13,555 nt of DNA from Promethearchaeia archaeon (lineage in GTDB: Archaea > Asgardarchaeota > Lokiarchaeia > Sigyniarchaeales > SOKP01), in NCBI GenBank assembly GCA_046497275.1, contig JAWOFX010000143.1, forward strand, positions 1 to 13,555, written 5' to 3'. Below are positions 1-8,050 of the stretch, in pieces. The notes under the pieces were generated by a model, which was not told where the DNA came from, did not search any database, and saw nothing but the letters and a program-made list of their open reading frames with translations. Position 1 is the stretch's first letter; each line of letters begins with the position of its first letter. The position numbers and the translations under genes are program-made.

Positions 1-366
1 AAGTAGATGCTCCAGCAATAATTTCATTATTTCAATCTGAGCCTCATCAAGCATTTTTGAATAATCTCCAATATTTATCCATATAATATTTTCTTGCCAA
101 TTAAATGAGATTTGTGTATTTGTCCCATTATAACTATGATATGTGGACCATGAATCCATTTTTGCTTTTAAAACCTTCAACATCATAACTAGCTCTTCTA
201 AAGAAATTTTGATGACTTTTCCCTCTCCTTGAGATGGTTTTTCCCAAATATTTCCTTTCTTACGCTTGATACATCTAAAAAATACCCAATCTTCTTTTTT
301 TGATGTACTTTGGATGATTAAGGCGGTATTCTGACCAAAAAAACTTCTATTATGTGAGTTAACCAT
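1..366 (-). CDS. Hypothetical protein, 5' part only (at least 122 aa, runs off the window edge); possible Whirly-like ssDNA/RNA-binding fold
   Basis: Not in the ORF track. Manual translation from ATG (complement of 364-366) is open to base 1: MVNSHNRSFFGQNTALIIQSTSKKEDWVFFRCIKRKKGNIWEKPSQGEGKVIKISLEELVMMLKVLKAKMDSWSTYHSYNGTNTQISFNWQENIIWINIGDYSKMLDEAQIEIMKLLLEHLL. 122 stop-free codons in very AT-rich DNA supports a real gene. The fold guess is much weaker than the CDS call. Confidence 0.85.
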   Translation of the reverse strand, partial: MVNSHNRSFFGQNTALIIQSTSKKEDWVFFRCIKRKKGNIWEKPSQGEGKVIKISLEELVMMLKVLKAKMDSWSTYHSYNGTNTQISFNWQENIIWINIGDYSKMLDEAQIEIMKLLLEHLL

Positions 367-674
367 TTTTAATCGAGATTTTTAAAATTCTACTAAACGT
401 ATATTTTAGTAAAAGTATATAAAGAAAAAGGAACTTCAAAAAAGATTTTTAAATTAGATTTGGGAATTATATTATGCATGCAAAATGACCATATAAGCAT
501 CTTAGAATCAATTTTATAAGCAAATTTTTGGTGAAAAAGCTATTCCCTAGTTTTAATAATAATTGAATCTTTTTTCTATAAGGATTTTTTATTTTTAGAT
601 TGTATAAAATGTTACAAATTTATTTATGCAATCCAATCTGAAATTTAGTATAATAATTAACTTTACTATGATTT

Positions 675-2744
675 ATGGTAAAAATTTCTAAATTATATGA
701 AGATGCACCAGGAAAGCAAATCTTGATGTCGGGGAATGAAGCATTTACCAGAGGAATTTTCGAAGCAGGAGTTCGTTTTGCTGCGAATTATCCTGGTACT
801 CCTCTAAGTGAAGTCGGAGATTCTTTGAATTATCTTTCTGAGACTACAGAAAATTTTACGTTTGATTACTGCTTAAATGAGAAAGTGGCTCTTGAGTCTT
901 GTATTGGGGCGAGTTGGGCAGGGATTCGCTCAATAGTTATCTTTAAGCATTTAGGTTTGAATGTAGCTGCAGATCCACTACATACATTTCCTTATTCTGG
1001 AGTAAATGGAGGGATGATAATACTATGTGGAGGTGATCCCGGTATTCTCTCTTCAACCAATGCACAAGATAATAGATTGTATTCACTTCATACAAAAATT
1101 CCTATTATTGAACCTGCTACTGTTCAAGAATGTAAAGATTTTATAAAAGATGGATTAAGAATTTCAGAATTATATAAAGTTCCAATCTATGTTCATGTGA
1201 CAACACGTTTGTGTCATAGCTATGGGTTAATTAAGCTCGGCAAAATACAATCCGCAAAAAAAAATGGAAAATTCAAAAAGGATCCAGACAGATATGTCAA
1301 CACTTTAGGCAGAGCCTTAGCCAATCAGAAGGATTATTTTAAAAAGATCTCAAATATTGCACAAAACCGAAAGATTTTCAATCTCTTCAGTAAACAAAAG
1401 GTTTCAAATATAAGGAAAGAAGATAAGGAAAATTTGAATATTGGAATCATAACAAGTGGGATTTGTTATGCATATGTTATTCAAGCATGCCACAAGCTCA
1501 ATATAAATCCTCCTATACTTAAACTTGGTTTGATATTCCCAATCAATAGAAAAGAAATTTGTAATTTTGCAGATAACAATAATTTAGATATATTATTAGT
1601 TGTGGAAGAATTAGAGCCATTCATAGAAACTTTTTCTAAGCGTGTTTTTTGTAATTTTTGCGATGTTAAGAGAGATCTAGAGATACATGGAAAAGATTTT
1701 CTCCCTATTATAGGTGAATTGAATACAAACTTGGTAATGAAATTCTTTTCTAACTTCTTTCAAAGGGAAAACGACTATTTGGTCAAAGAATTAGAAATAA
1801 AACAGCAAGCACTTGAAGATATCCTTCCTTATTTACCAGTTAGGCAACCAACTTTTTGTCCAGGATGTCAATATAGAACAATATTTTATGCATTAAAAAA
1901 GATTACAGAAAAATTGGAAGAGAAAAAAGGTGTGGAATTTATCTACTCTGGAGATATCGGATGTTATACTCTTTCAGAGGCATATCCCTATCAATTATTG
2001 GATTGGGTTGTCTGCATGGGTGCGGGTATAGGAATTGCGAATGGAATGGCTCAAATACTGAATGAAAATCAAAAATTAATCGCTTATGTAGGAGATAGTA
2101 CTTTCTTTCATACGGGAATCCAACCCTTATTAAATGCTATCAAAAATCAAGTAGATTTAACCATATTAATATTCAATAACTATTGGACAGCGATGACTGG
2201 ACACCAAGAGTTAATAACAACACCAAATGAATTTATTAAAACTTATGGAGCTCAGAAAGATGTGAAGAGAAATTCTATTGATTTATCTGTATTTCTTAAT
2301 GCTCTCGAGATTAAAAATCTCACAATTACTGATGCTTATAATATAGAAAAGTTAGAGAGAATTTTTGAAAGAGAATTACAAAAGGATGGAGTGAAAATTA
2401 TATTAATAAATGAAGAATGTGCCTTAGAAAAAAGTAGAAGAATAAAAAGAGAAAAGAAATCTAGAGAGAAAAAAAAGAGAGCTGAGATATATTATACAAT
2501 ATCTGATTCATGCAACAAATGCAATGAATGTATCGATAATTTTGGATGTCCTGCAATAAATATTCGAATTAAAGATAGGTCATCAAATGAAAAAACTCAG
2601 AAAGAAGAAGAATTAATATATTATATTGATGAAACAATGTGTATTCCTGAAGTATGTCCAGGTGCTTGTAGTGATGTCTGCCCAAATCATATGATCTATA
2701 AAACATTAATTGATCATCATTTAGATAATTCCGAAAAAAACTGA
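675..2744 (+). CDS. iorA: Indolepyruvate:ferredoxin oxidoreductase alpha subunit (TPP-dependent 2-oxoacid oxidoreductase)
   Basis: N-terminal GNEA..RG..EAG....YPGTP.SE; KH.GLNVAADP; GGDPG..SS.N.QD.R; RQPTFCPGC; GDIGCY; TPP-binding GDSTFFHTG...N..TAMTG.Q; C-terminal ferredoxin-like Cys clusters. Confidence 0.95.
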   Translation: MVKISKLYEDAPGKQILMSGNEAFTRGIFEAGVRFAANYPGTPLSEVGDSLNYLSETTENFTFDYCLNEKVALESCIGASWAGIRSIVIFKHLGLNVAADPLHTFPYSGVNGGMIILCGGDPGILSSTNAQDNRLYSLHTKIPIIEPATVQECKDFIKDGLRISELYKVPIYVHVTTRLCHSYGLIKLGKIQSAKKNGKFKKDPDRYVNTLGRALANQKDYFKKISNIAQNRKIFNLFSKQKVSNIRKEDKENLNIGIITSGICYAYVIQACHKLNINPPILKLGLIFPINRKEICNFADNNNLDILLVVEELEPFIETFSKRVFCNFCDVKRDLEIHGKDFLPIIGELNTNLVMKFFSNFFQRENDYLVKELEIKQQALEDILPYLPVRQPTFCPGCQYRTIFYALKKITEKLEEKKGVEFIYSGDIGCYTLSEAYPYQLLDWVVCMGAGIGIANGMAQILNENQKLIAYVGDSTFFHTGIQPLLNAIKNQVDLTILIFNNYWTAMTGHQELITTPNEFIKTYGAQKDVKRNSIDLSVFLNALEIKNLTITDAYNIEKLERIFERELQKDGVKIILINEECALEKSRRIKREKKSREKKKRAEIYYTISDSCNKCNECIDNFGCPAINIRIKDRSSNEKTQKEEELIYYIDETMCIPEVCPGACSDVCPNHMIYKTLIDHHLDNSEKN

Positions 2745-2749
2745 CTCCC

Positions 2750-3382
2750 TTATTCTTTTTTAATATTTCGATCTAAAAATTTTGGTATAAACATTGGCAC
2801 TTTTCTTTTATAATGAAGATATTCTTCACCAAACTCTTTTATAAGTTCCTTCTCTTCCTTCCAAGAGATCAAATAATTGTAAATAAATATTAATGGAGAG
2901 ATCAATATTGACAATAAGCCTGCAAATAAAAAGGAAAAAGCTAAATGAGCGATAATAGCTCCAAGATATTGTGGATGCCTGATTTGGGAATAAATTCCTT
3001 CTGAGATTACTTTATTTGCTTTATGGGTTTCAGAAACTTCTAATGTAGTTTCCTTAACACCCATGATTCCTAAATAAGAGCTGAGTATAATCATAGGAAT
3101 CGCAATTATTGTATGTATTAAATAAATTGGTATATTTAGGAAAGGAATAAATAAAATCTTAATATTTAGGAAAGAAAGGACAAAACGAGGTTGAGGTGAA
3201 AACCAAATACCAAATAAGTTTATAAAAAACCCCCACCCAGAAAATAGCCCTAAAAATTTGCCAATTCTAATACCTTTTCTATGCCCAAATCTTTCCTCAA
3301 GATTTATATGACTTACTGATAAAAAATGTATTGGAAGCAATAATAACAAAGAAATTAAGAAAATTATAAATAGTTTTGACAT
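2750..3382 (-). CDS. Isoprenylcysteine carboxyl methyltransferase / PEMT-family integral membrane SAM-dependent methyltransferase
   Basis: Several hydrophobic segments plus family motifs GIYSQIRHPQYLG and EEKELIKEFGEEYLHYKRKVPMFIP. The substrate cannot be assigned from sequence. Confidence 0.9.
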   Translation of the reverse strand: MSKLFIIFLISLLLLLPIHFLSVSHINLEERFGHRKGIRIGKFLGLFSGWGFFINLFGIWFSPQPRFVLSFLNIKILFIPFLNIPIYLIHTIIAIPMIILSSYLGIMGVKETTLEVSETHKANKVISEGIYSQIRHPQYLGAIIAHLAFSFLFAGLLSILISPLIFIYNYLISWKEEKELIKEFGEEYLHYKRKVPMFIPKFLDRNIKKE

Positions 3383-3541
3383 ACTAATAATAGGTTAATT
3401 TTGAAATATTTTAAAGATTTTATTAATAAACTATAGTTATTTACATTATTAGAGGTAGACTCTAAAGAGTTCCGTGTGAAAAGAAACATCTTAATCAATA
3501 GATATTTAGTTTATTAATTCTTAAATGAATTAGAAAAAATT

Positions 3542-3547
3542 GAGTGA
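3542..3547 (+). promoter_or_regulatory. Putative Shine-Dalgarno (GAGTGA) for iorB
   Basis: Matches part of the archaeal GGAGGTGA consensus, 6 nt before the TTG start at 3554. Confidence 0.45.
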
Positions 3548-3553
3548 TTTCTG

Positions 3554-4198
3554 TTGGGGGATATCTTTAATGTTTTGGTGGTGGGTGTTGGTGGTCAAGG
3601 GGTTATACTAGTAGGAAATCTATTACGCCAATTTGGGCTTAAAAGTCCTTTTATAAAGAGTGTCGTAGGAACTGAAACTCGTGGAGTGTCTCAGAGAGAA
3701 GGGTCTGTTATAGCAACAGCAAGATATCTCATAGATAGTAAGATTTATAATCTTGATCAAGGATATGAGATTGATGATTTAATTTCTCCAATTATCCCAA
3801 TCAATGATGCTCATATAGTTTTAGGATTAGAACCATTAGAGACAATAAGAAATCTCAAATATATTTCTGAGCAAACTGTGGTAGTTTTAAATACAAATAG
3901 ACGCTATCCTCGAGATGCTGTGATAAAGAAAGGAGGAAGCAAAAATTATCCTCCTACAGCTCGAATTTTAGAGATTCTTGATCAGTTTGCCAGGAAAACA
4001 GTCTCTATGGACTTCAGTCGACTTAGTAATAGTGAATTTGGCAATTCGATTTATGCTAATACTATCATCTTGGGAGTTGCTACGAAAGAATTTGAGAATG
4101 TCTTTTTAAAAAAGAATTTCCTTAAAATTCTAAAAGACAATTTAAAACCTATAGGAGCAAATATTGAAGCATTTGAATTAGGATATAATCTAATTTAA
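3554..4198 (+). CDS. iorB: Indolepyruvate:ferredoxin oxidoreductase beta subunit (POR gamma-like), TTG start
   Basis: VVGVGGQGVIL, ETRGVSQREGSV, SP.IP...A..VLGLEPLE..R, N.IILG, N..AF..G motifs; lies next to iorA. Confidence 0.92.
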   Translation: MGDIFNVLVVGVGGQGVILVGNLLRQFGLKSPFIKSVVGTETRGVSQREGSVIATARYLIDSKIYNLDQGYEIDDLISPIIPINDAHIVLGLEPLETIRNLKYISEQTVVVLNTNRRYPRDAVIKKGGSKNYPPTARILEILDQFARKTVSMDFSRLSNSEFGNSIYANTIILGVATKEFENVFLKKNFLKILKDNLKPIGANIEAFELGYNLI

Positions 4199-4225
4199 TC
4201 TAAAAACCAAACTTGGATTTCTATT

Positions 4226-6268
4226 CTAATCAAGGAATTCTATTTTAAAAGAACTTAAGTTTTCTTTTTCAATCTTAATTACTCGATATGCCCCAACTAT
4301 TTCTGGTTTTTTATAACTTCCTAATCCTAAGGAAGGAGTCTGGAGAATAAATGGTCCATTTTTTTTTATATCTTCTGGGTTATCATATTGTTCTGAATAT
4401 ATATCATAATACACAGCTGCAGGATTTTCAATTTTTCTTAAAATAAAGGGAGGCGCATCATAAACAGTAGATTTTTCTTTAGGTTCTCCTAATCTAAATT
4501 CTTTTAAGACATGAGTATGTCCTGACAATGCTAAAAGGGCATATTGTTTACAGAATTGAATTAATTTTTCCCAATTAGAAGACACCGTTCCGTATTTCAC
4601 ATTAAACGATTGATCTATCCTAGTTGAGACCGTTTCTTTACCTATTTTTTTAAGGATCGACTCTTTAAAATCATCGATCTTTTTTCTGATACTTGGTTTT
4701 CCTAATTCTTGAAGTCTTTTTCTAAAATATTTGTATTTTCCTATATTAATAGGCGGTCCGTGAATCAATAATATGATCTTTTTATTTGGATTGTATTTAT
4801 GATTGATAATATTTTCCAGATATTTTATTTGAATATCTTCTAAACCAGTCACAGACGGATGCCCAGATAGAAAATCTCTGAGATTTTTAAAAGAATCAGA
4901 TCCACTATTAAGGAAGATTAATTCGAAATCTCCTAAAGTTAGAGAGAAATCTAAAGACGGATTAATTTCTCTTAAATACCATTTTAAAGCTAAATTAGAT
5001 TTACTTATCGAATTTATAGGATTGGCGGAAAAAAGATCATTTAAAGCTGATGCTTCTGATGATTTAAGACCCATTTTCCTATATAATCCTCCCCATGTAA
5101 GATCATAATGATGAGGTCTAAAATCGTGATTTCCAACTATGGTGAATAATGGACACAATAGTTCCTGAGTTTCAGTTATTCCTTGATATTTTTGATTTGG
5201 TTGTTTATTTAGAATTATATCTTTAAATAATTTCCAATTTGTCTGATCATAATTTAATTGATTTAAATCATCAGTACTCTCAGAATATTCACTTTTAATT
5301 ACAAAATCAACCAAATCTCCCGTAATTATTACAAAATCTAATTCATTAGCCAATACTTTCTTGTTTATTATCTTGATTGCTTTTCTAAGTTGATTATTTG
5401 GATTAATAAAACGTTTTTCAAAACTTTTATTTAAGACCTTAGCTTCATGCTTGTTTAAATCCTCCTTATTGGATTCCTTTTTAAAAATAGATTTTATCAC
5501 GTTTGCTACACCATCTAAAAAAGTTCCTGCGTTCTCTTCACCTGATTCAGATTTCCATTTGGAAACAATTTCAAATATTTTATCATTTCGTTCTGCGAGA
5601 TGAGTATCTGTTATCTGAAAGAATGTAAAATCTTTCCATTTTTGTGTGGTTAAAATGAGAGAATGATAATTGATATGGATATTTGCTAGATTAATGTCAA
5701 ACATTACAAATTTATTTCCCTCAAAATAATCATTTATCTCTTTTGAAAGAAAAAACGATGCATTTATGCAAAAATAATAATTGAGATTATTGTAAACCTT
5801 CCATTCTTGTAGATAATATTGGGGATAACAATATTCATTCTCTAAAAAAGCTAATTCATCTATTTTTAACTTAGTTTTTTGTTCGATCTTATTGATTTTT
5901 ACCGCAATTGGGTCGCATCTATATCCTCTAGGTTCCAGTTTGCTTAATCTTTTTTTAATATCCTCTTCCTTCGAAGATTTTCGTGTAAAAATCTTTTTTA
6001 TGCGTTCCCATATTGTTTGCATTTTCTTCTTCTTTTCTTCCATTATTTTTTGAAGTTTCCATTTATATTCAATAATAGGAACAACTGAAAGATTGATTTC
6101 AAGGAACTTTTTAAGTTGATTGATATCATCAATATTAGAGGTTAAAAGCATTTGGAAGTCTATTGATTGCTTTTTTTTCTCGGCATTAATCCGAATAAAT
6201 TGAGGATGTCCTAAGTTTGGATTTACAAGTCTAATATTCTCAGTTTTAAAAATCTTTTTAGAATTCAA
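4226..6268 (-). CDS. Large calcineurin-like metallophosphoesterase with ~215-aa N-terminal extension (TTG start)
   Basis: All five metal-binding motifs in order: ITDTHL, ITGDLVD, VGNHD, LIHGP, SGHTH. Substrate unknown; start codon uncertain. Confidence 0.88.
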   Translation of the reverse strand: MNSKKIFKTENIRLVNPNLGHPQFIRINAEKKKQSIDFQMLLTSNIDDINQLKKFLEINLSVVPIIEYKWKLQKIMEEKKKKMQTIWERIKKIFTRKSSKEEDIKKRLSKLEPRGYRCDPIAVKINKIEQKTKLKIDELAFLENEYCYPQYYLQEWKVYNNLNYYFCINASFFLSKEINDYFEGNKFVMFDINLANIHINYHSLILTTQKWKDFTFFQITDTHLAERNDKIFEIVSKWKSESGEENAGTFLDGVANVIKSIFKKESNKEDLNKHEAKVLNKSFEKRFINPNNQLRKAIKIINKKVLANELDFVIITGDLVDFVIKSEYSESTDDLNQLNYDQTNWKLFKDIILNKQPNQKYQGITETQELLCPLFTIVGNHDFRPHHYDLTWGGLYRKMGLKSSEASALNDLFSANPINSISKSNLALKWYLREINPSLDFSLTLGDFELIFLNSGSDSFKNLRDFLSGHPSVTGLEDIQIKYLENIINHKYNPNKKIILLIHGPPINIGKYKYFRKRLQELGKPSIRKKIDDFKESILKKIGKETVSTRIDQSFNVKYGTVSSNWEKLIQFCKQYALLALSGHTHVLKEFRLGEPKEKSTVYDAPPFILRKIENPAAVYYDIYSEQYDNPEDIKKNGPFILQTPSLGLGSYKKPEIVGAYRVIKIEKENLSSFKIEFLD

Positions 6269-6460
6269 GGTTTTAAGAATATTTTTATTTAAATTTCAAT
6301 ACAATATTAAAATTTATAATATATTAAAAGTTCTCCAACTCCTTTTATGCCTTATCTAAGACTAGAGAATTTAAAATATTAATACTATACCAGAAGAAAA
6401 GAATAATTATAGTTTTTACTAAATATAGATATTTGAACAAATTATAAAATAAGTTAATTT

Positions 6461-6730
6461 TTACTCCGCTAAATTTACAAATATCACATTATCGCCCCTT
6501 ACAACAATGTTCCCCAAATCTTCATGTTCCTCTCGGATATTACCTTCTTCGTCTTGATACTCAAAAATTTGAGAAGCAGATTTAAGAGACAAGTTCAAAT
6601 GTTCATCAAACCCTTCTAATTTACCTCTAAAGAGCCTATTCCTTTTCACTTTGATAAGAATAATTTTATCTATTGAATTCTTCAAATAATCGATTGGTCT
6701 CTGCTGTGATTTATACTGTCTTCGTTCCAT
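6461..6730 (-). CDS. Sm/Lsm-like RNA-binding protein (SmAP1-type)
   Basis: RP.D.L N-terminal helix; Sm1 motif FRGKLEGFDEHLNLSL; Sm2 motif GNIVVRGDNVIFV. Confidence 0.95.
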   Translation of the reverse strand: MERRQYKSQQRPIDYLKNSIDKIILIKVKRNRLFRGKLEGFDEHLNLSLKSASQIFEYQDEEGNIREEHEDLGNIVVRGDNVIFVNLAE

Positions 6731-6837
6731 AATCTAAAACACTTAAATAAATATTATATTAATAATCTAAATATATATAGAATAAATTAAAACCTTATGG
6801 TTATTTGCTAATTATAATTGAATTTAGGAGAAAAAAA

Positions 6838-6990
6838 ATGTCCGATGGAGGTAGAAATGAAAAACTTGTTAAATGTTGCGTAAAAAATTGTCAAAAAAAA
6901 ATAAAAGTAGAAGAAGCGATTATAATCAAGGATAAATATTTCTGTAAAATTTGCGCAGTCTCCTATATTCGGGAAAATTTGAATATTTGA
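6838..6990 (+). CDS. Small Cys-rich putative Zn-finger protein (50 aa; treble-clef/TRASH/LIM-half-like)
   Basis: CCVKNC-x17-YFCKIC. Start moved from the track's 6805 (TTG) to ATG 6838, which has AGGAG at 6826-6830 upstream. Confidence 0.75.
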   Translation: MSDGGRNEKLVKCCVKNCQKKIKVEEAIIIKDKYFCKICAVSYIRENLNI

Positions 6991-7043
6991 AATCTTTTCT
7001 ATAGGTGTTTATGATTAGGTATTAATAGATTTACTAATTTCTA

Positions 7044-7051
7044 TTATATAA
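7044..7051 (+). promoter_or_regulatory. Putative archaeal TATA box (TTATATAA) for the nucleotidyltransferase gene
   Basis: Ends 36 nt upstream of ATG 7088; AGAGGA RBS-like at 7078-7083. The AT-rich background makes chance matches common. Confidence 0.35.
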
Positions 7052-7087
7052 GAAGGTTTTCCAAAGAATTAATTATAAGAGGAAATT

Positions 7088-7981
7088 ATGAAGGATCAGG
7101 TCATTAATCTTAAGAATATACCAAGTTCTGAAGAAATGGAGGAATTTTTATCCGATTTAAATAATACTAATTTTCACAGAAACATTATACAAAACGCATT
7201 AAAAATAAGTAAGAAGATATCAGATGTAGAAGCAGCTTATCTATTGGGTTCATTGTCAGAGGGAAGTGGGGATATTTTTTCTGATATAGATTTTTATTTA
7301 ATGTATGAAGATGGAGGAGATTATAAAAAAATTCAAGAGTCATTTTTATCTATGATCGATGAATTAGGAGATATTATCCATATATTCCAATCTAACGCCA
7401 AAAAAAATAGTTCTATTATTTATTTAAAACCGTTTATCAAATTCGAATTAGTAATAGAAAAAGTTTCAAAGCTTAGTAATGAATGGAGAGTCCAAGAGCG
7501 TGGTTCATTACTCTATGATAAAAGAGGACTTGGTAAGGAAATAATTCAGAAATCCAAGCGTATTGAATTTAATATAGAGAATCATTTGGATGAAATTAGG
7601 AACATTGCTTTAGATCTCCCAAGTTTCTGTTTTCTTATTGCAGGTTATATGATACGAGGAGAATATATTACAACCATTGATTTTATAGCGTGGATTCGGA
7701 GAAAATTATTAAGAATTAGCGGTTTTTTACTTAATATAAAGGACGAAGGAACAAGAAGGGCTGAAGAACGTTTTCCTAAAGAATTGATTAATTATTATAA
7801 TAAATGTAGAGTGAAATCTAATGAAGAGATATGGGAATGTTTAAAAATTTTCTTAAGATGGTATTCGGAATGGTTAGTACCAAAATTCGAGAAAAAAAAT
7901 ATCATCCATGCAAATCAAGAAATTCCTATAATAGAATCTGCGATAGAAAAATTAAGAGATTCTTATTCCAATAAAATTTAG
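7088..7981 (+). CDS. DNA polymerase beta-superfamily nucleotidyltransferase with C-terminal helical bundle (LnuB/KNTase/aminoglycoside adenylyltransferase-like architecture)
   Basis: AAYLLGSLSEGSGDIFSDIDFYL = hG[S]-x-DhD signature; helical C-terminal half with R-x-E-x3-P (TRRAEERFP). Substrate unknown. Confidence 0.82.
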   Translation: MKDQVINLKNIPSSEEMEEFLSDLNNTNFHRNIIQNALKISKKISDVEAAYLLGSLSEGSGDIFSDIDFYLMYEDGGDYKKIQESFLSMIDELGDIIHIFQSNAKKNSSIIYLKPFIKFELVIEKVSKLSNEWRVQERGSLLYDKRGLGKEIIQKSKRIEFNIENHLDEIRNIALDLPSFCFLIAGYMIRGEYITTIDFIAWIRRKLLRISGFLLNIKDEGTRRAEERFPKELINYYNKCRVKSNEEIWECLKIFLRWYSEWLVPKFEKKNIIHANQEIPIIESAIEKLRDSYSNKI

Positions 7982-8050
7982 ATCATAAACTTTTATTATA
8001 TTAAAGAAAAGGCTATATTTCTATAACAATTATTGTAAAATTGATTTAAG

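Noticed and set aside
2742-2744. TGA stops of iorA and of the thioesterase (8863-8865) as selenocysteine codons
   Set aside because: Both fall at the expected C-terminus of complete proteins. Read-through would run antisense into the neighbouring gene or tRNA, and I could not identify a SECIS-like hairpin.
2750-3382. ICMT-family gene as evidence of eukaryote-like CAAX prenyl processing
   Set aside because: The family is common in bacteria and archaea with other substrates, and no CAAX-ending protein or prenyltransferase is in the window.
6805-6837. Longer N-terminus of the Zn-finger ORF given in the ORF track
   Set aside because: It starts at TTG in AT-rich intergenic DNA and contains the AGGAG RBS that serves ATG 6838.
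7088-7981. Nucleotidyltransferase as the CCA-adding enzyme for the nearby CCA-less tRNA, or as a true antibiotic-resistance gene
   Set aside because: At 297 aa it is much shorter than archaeal class I CCA enzymes and lacks their body/tail domains. The shared architecture with LnuB/ANT enzymes does not establish the substrate.
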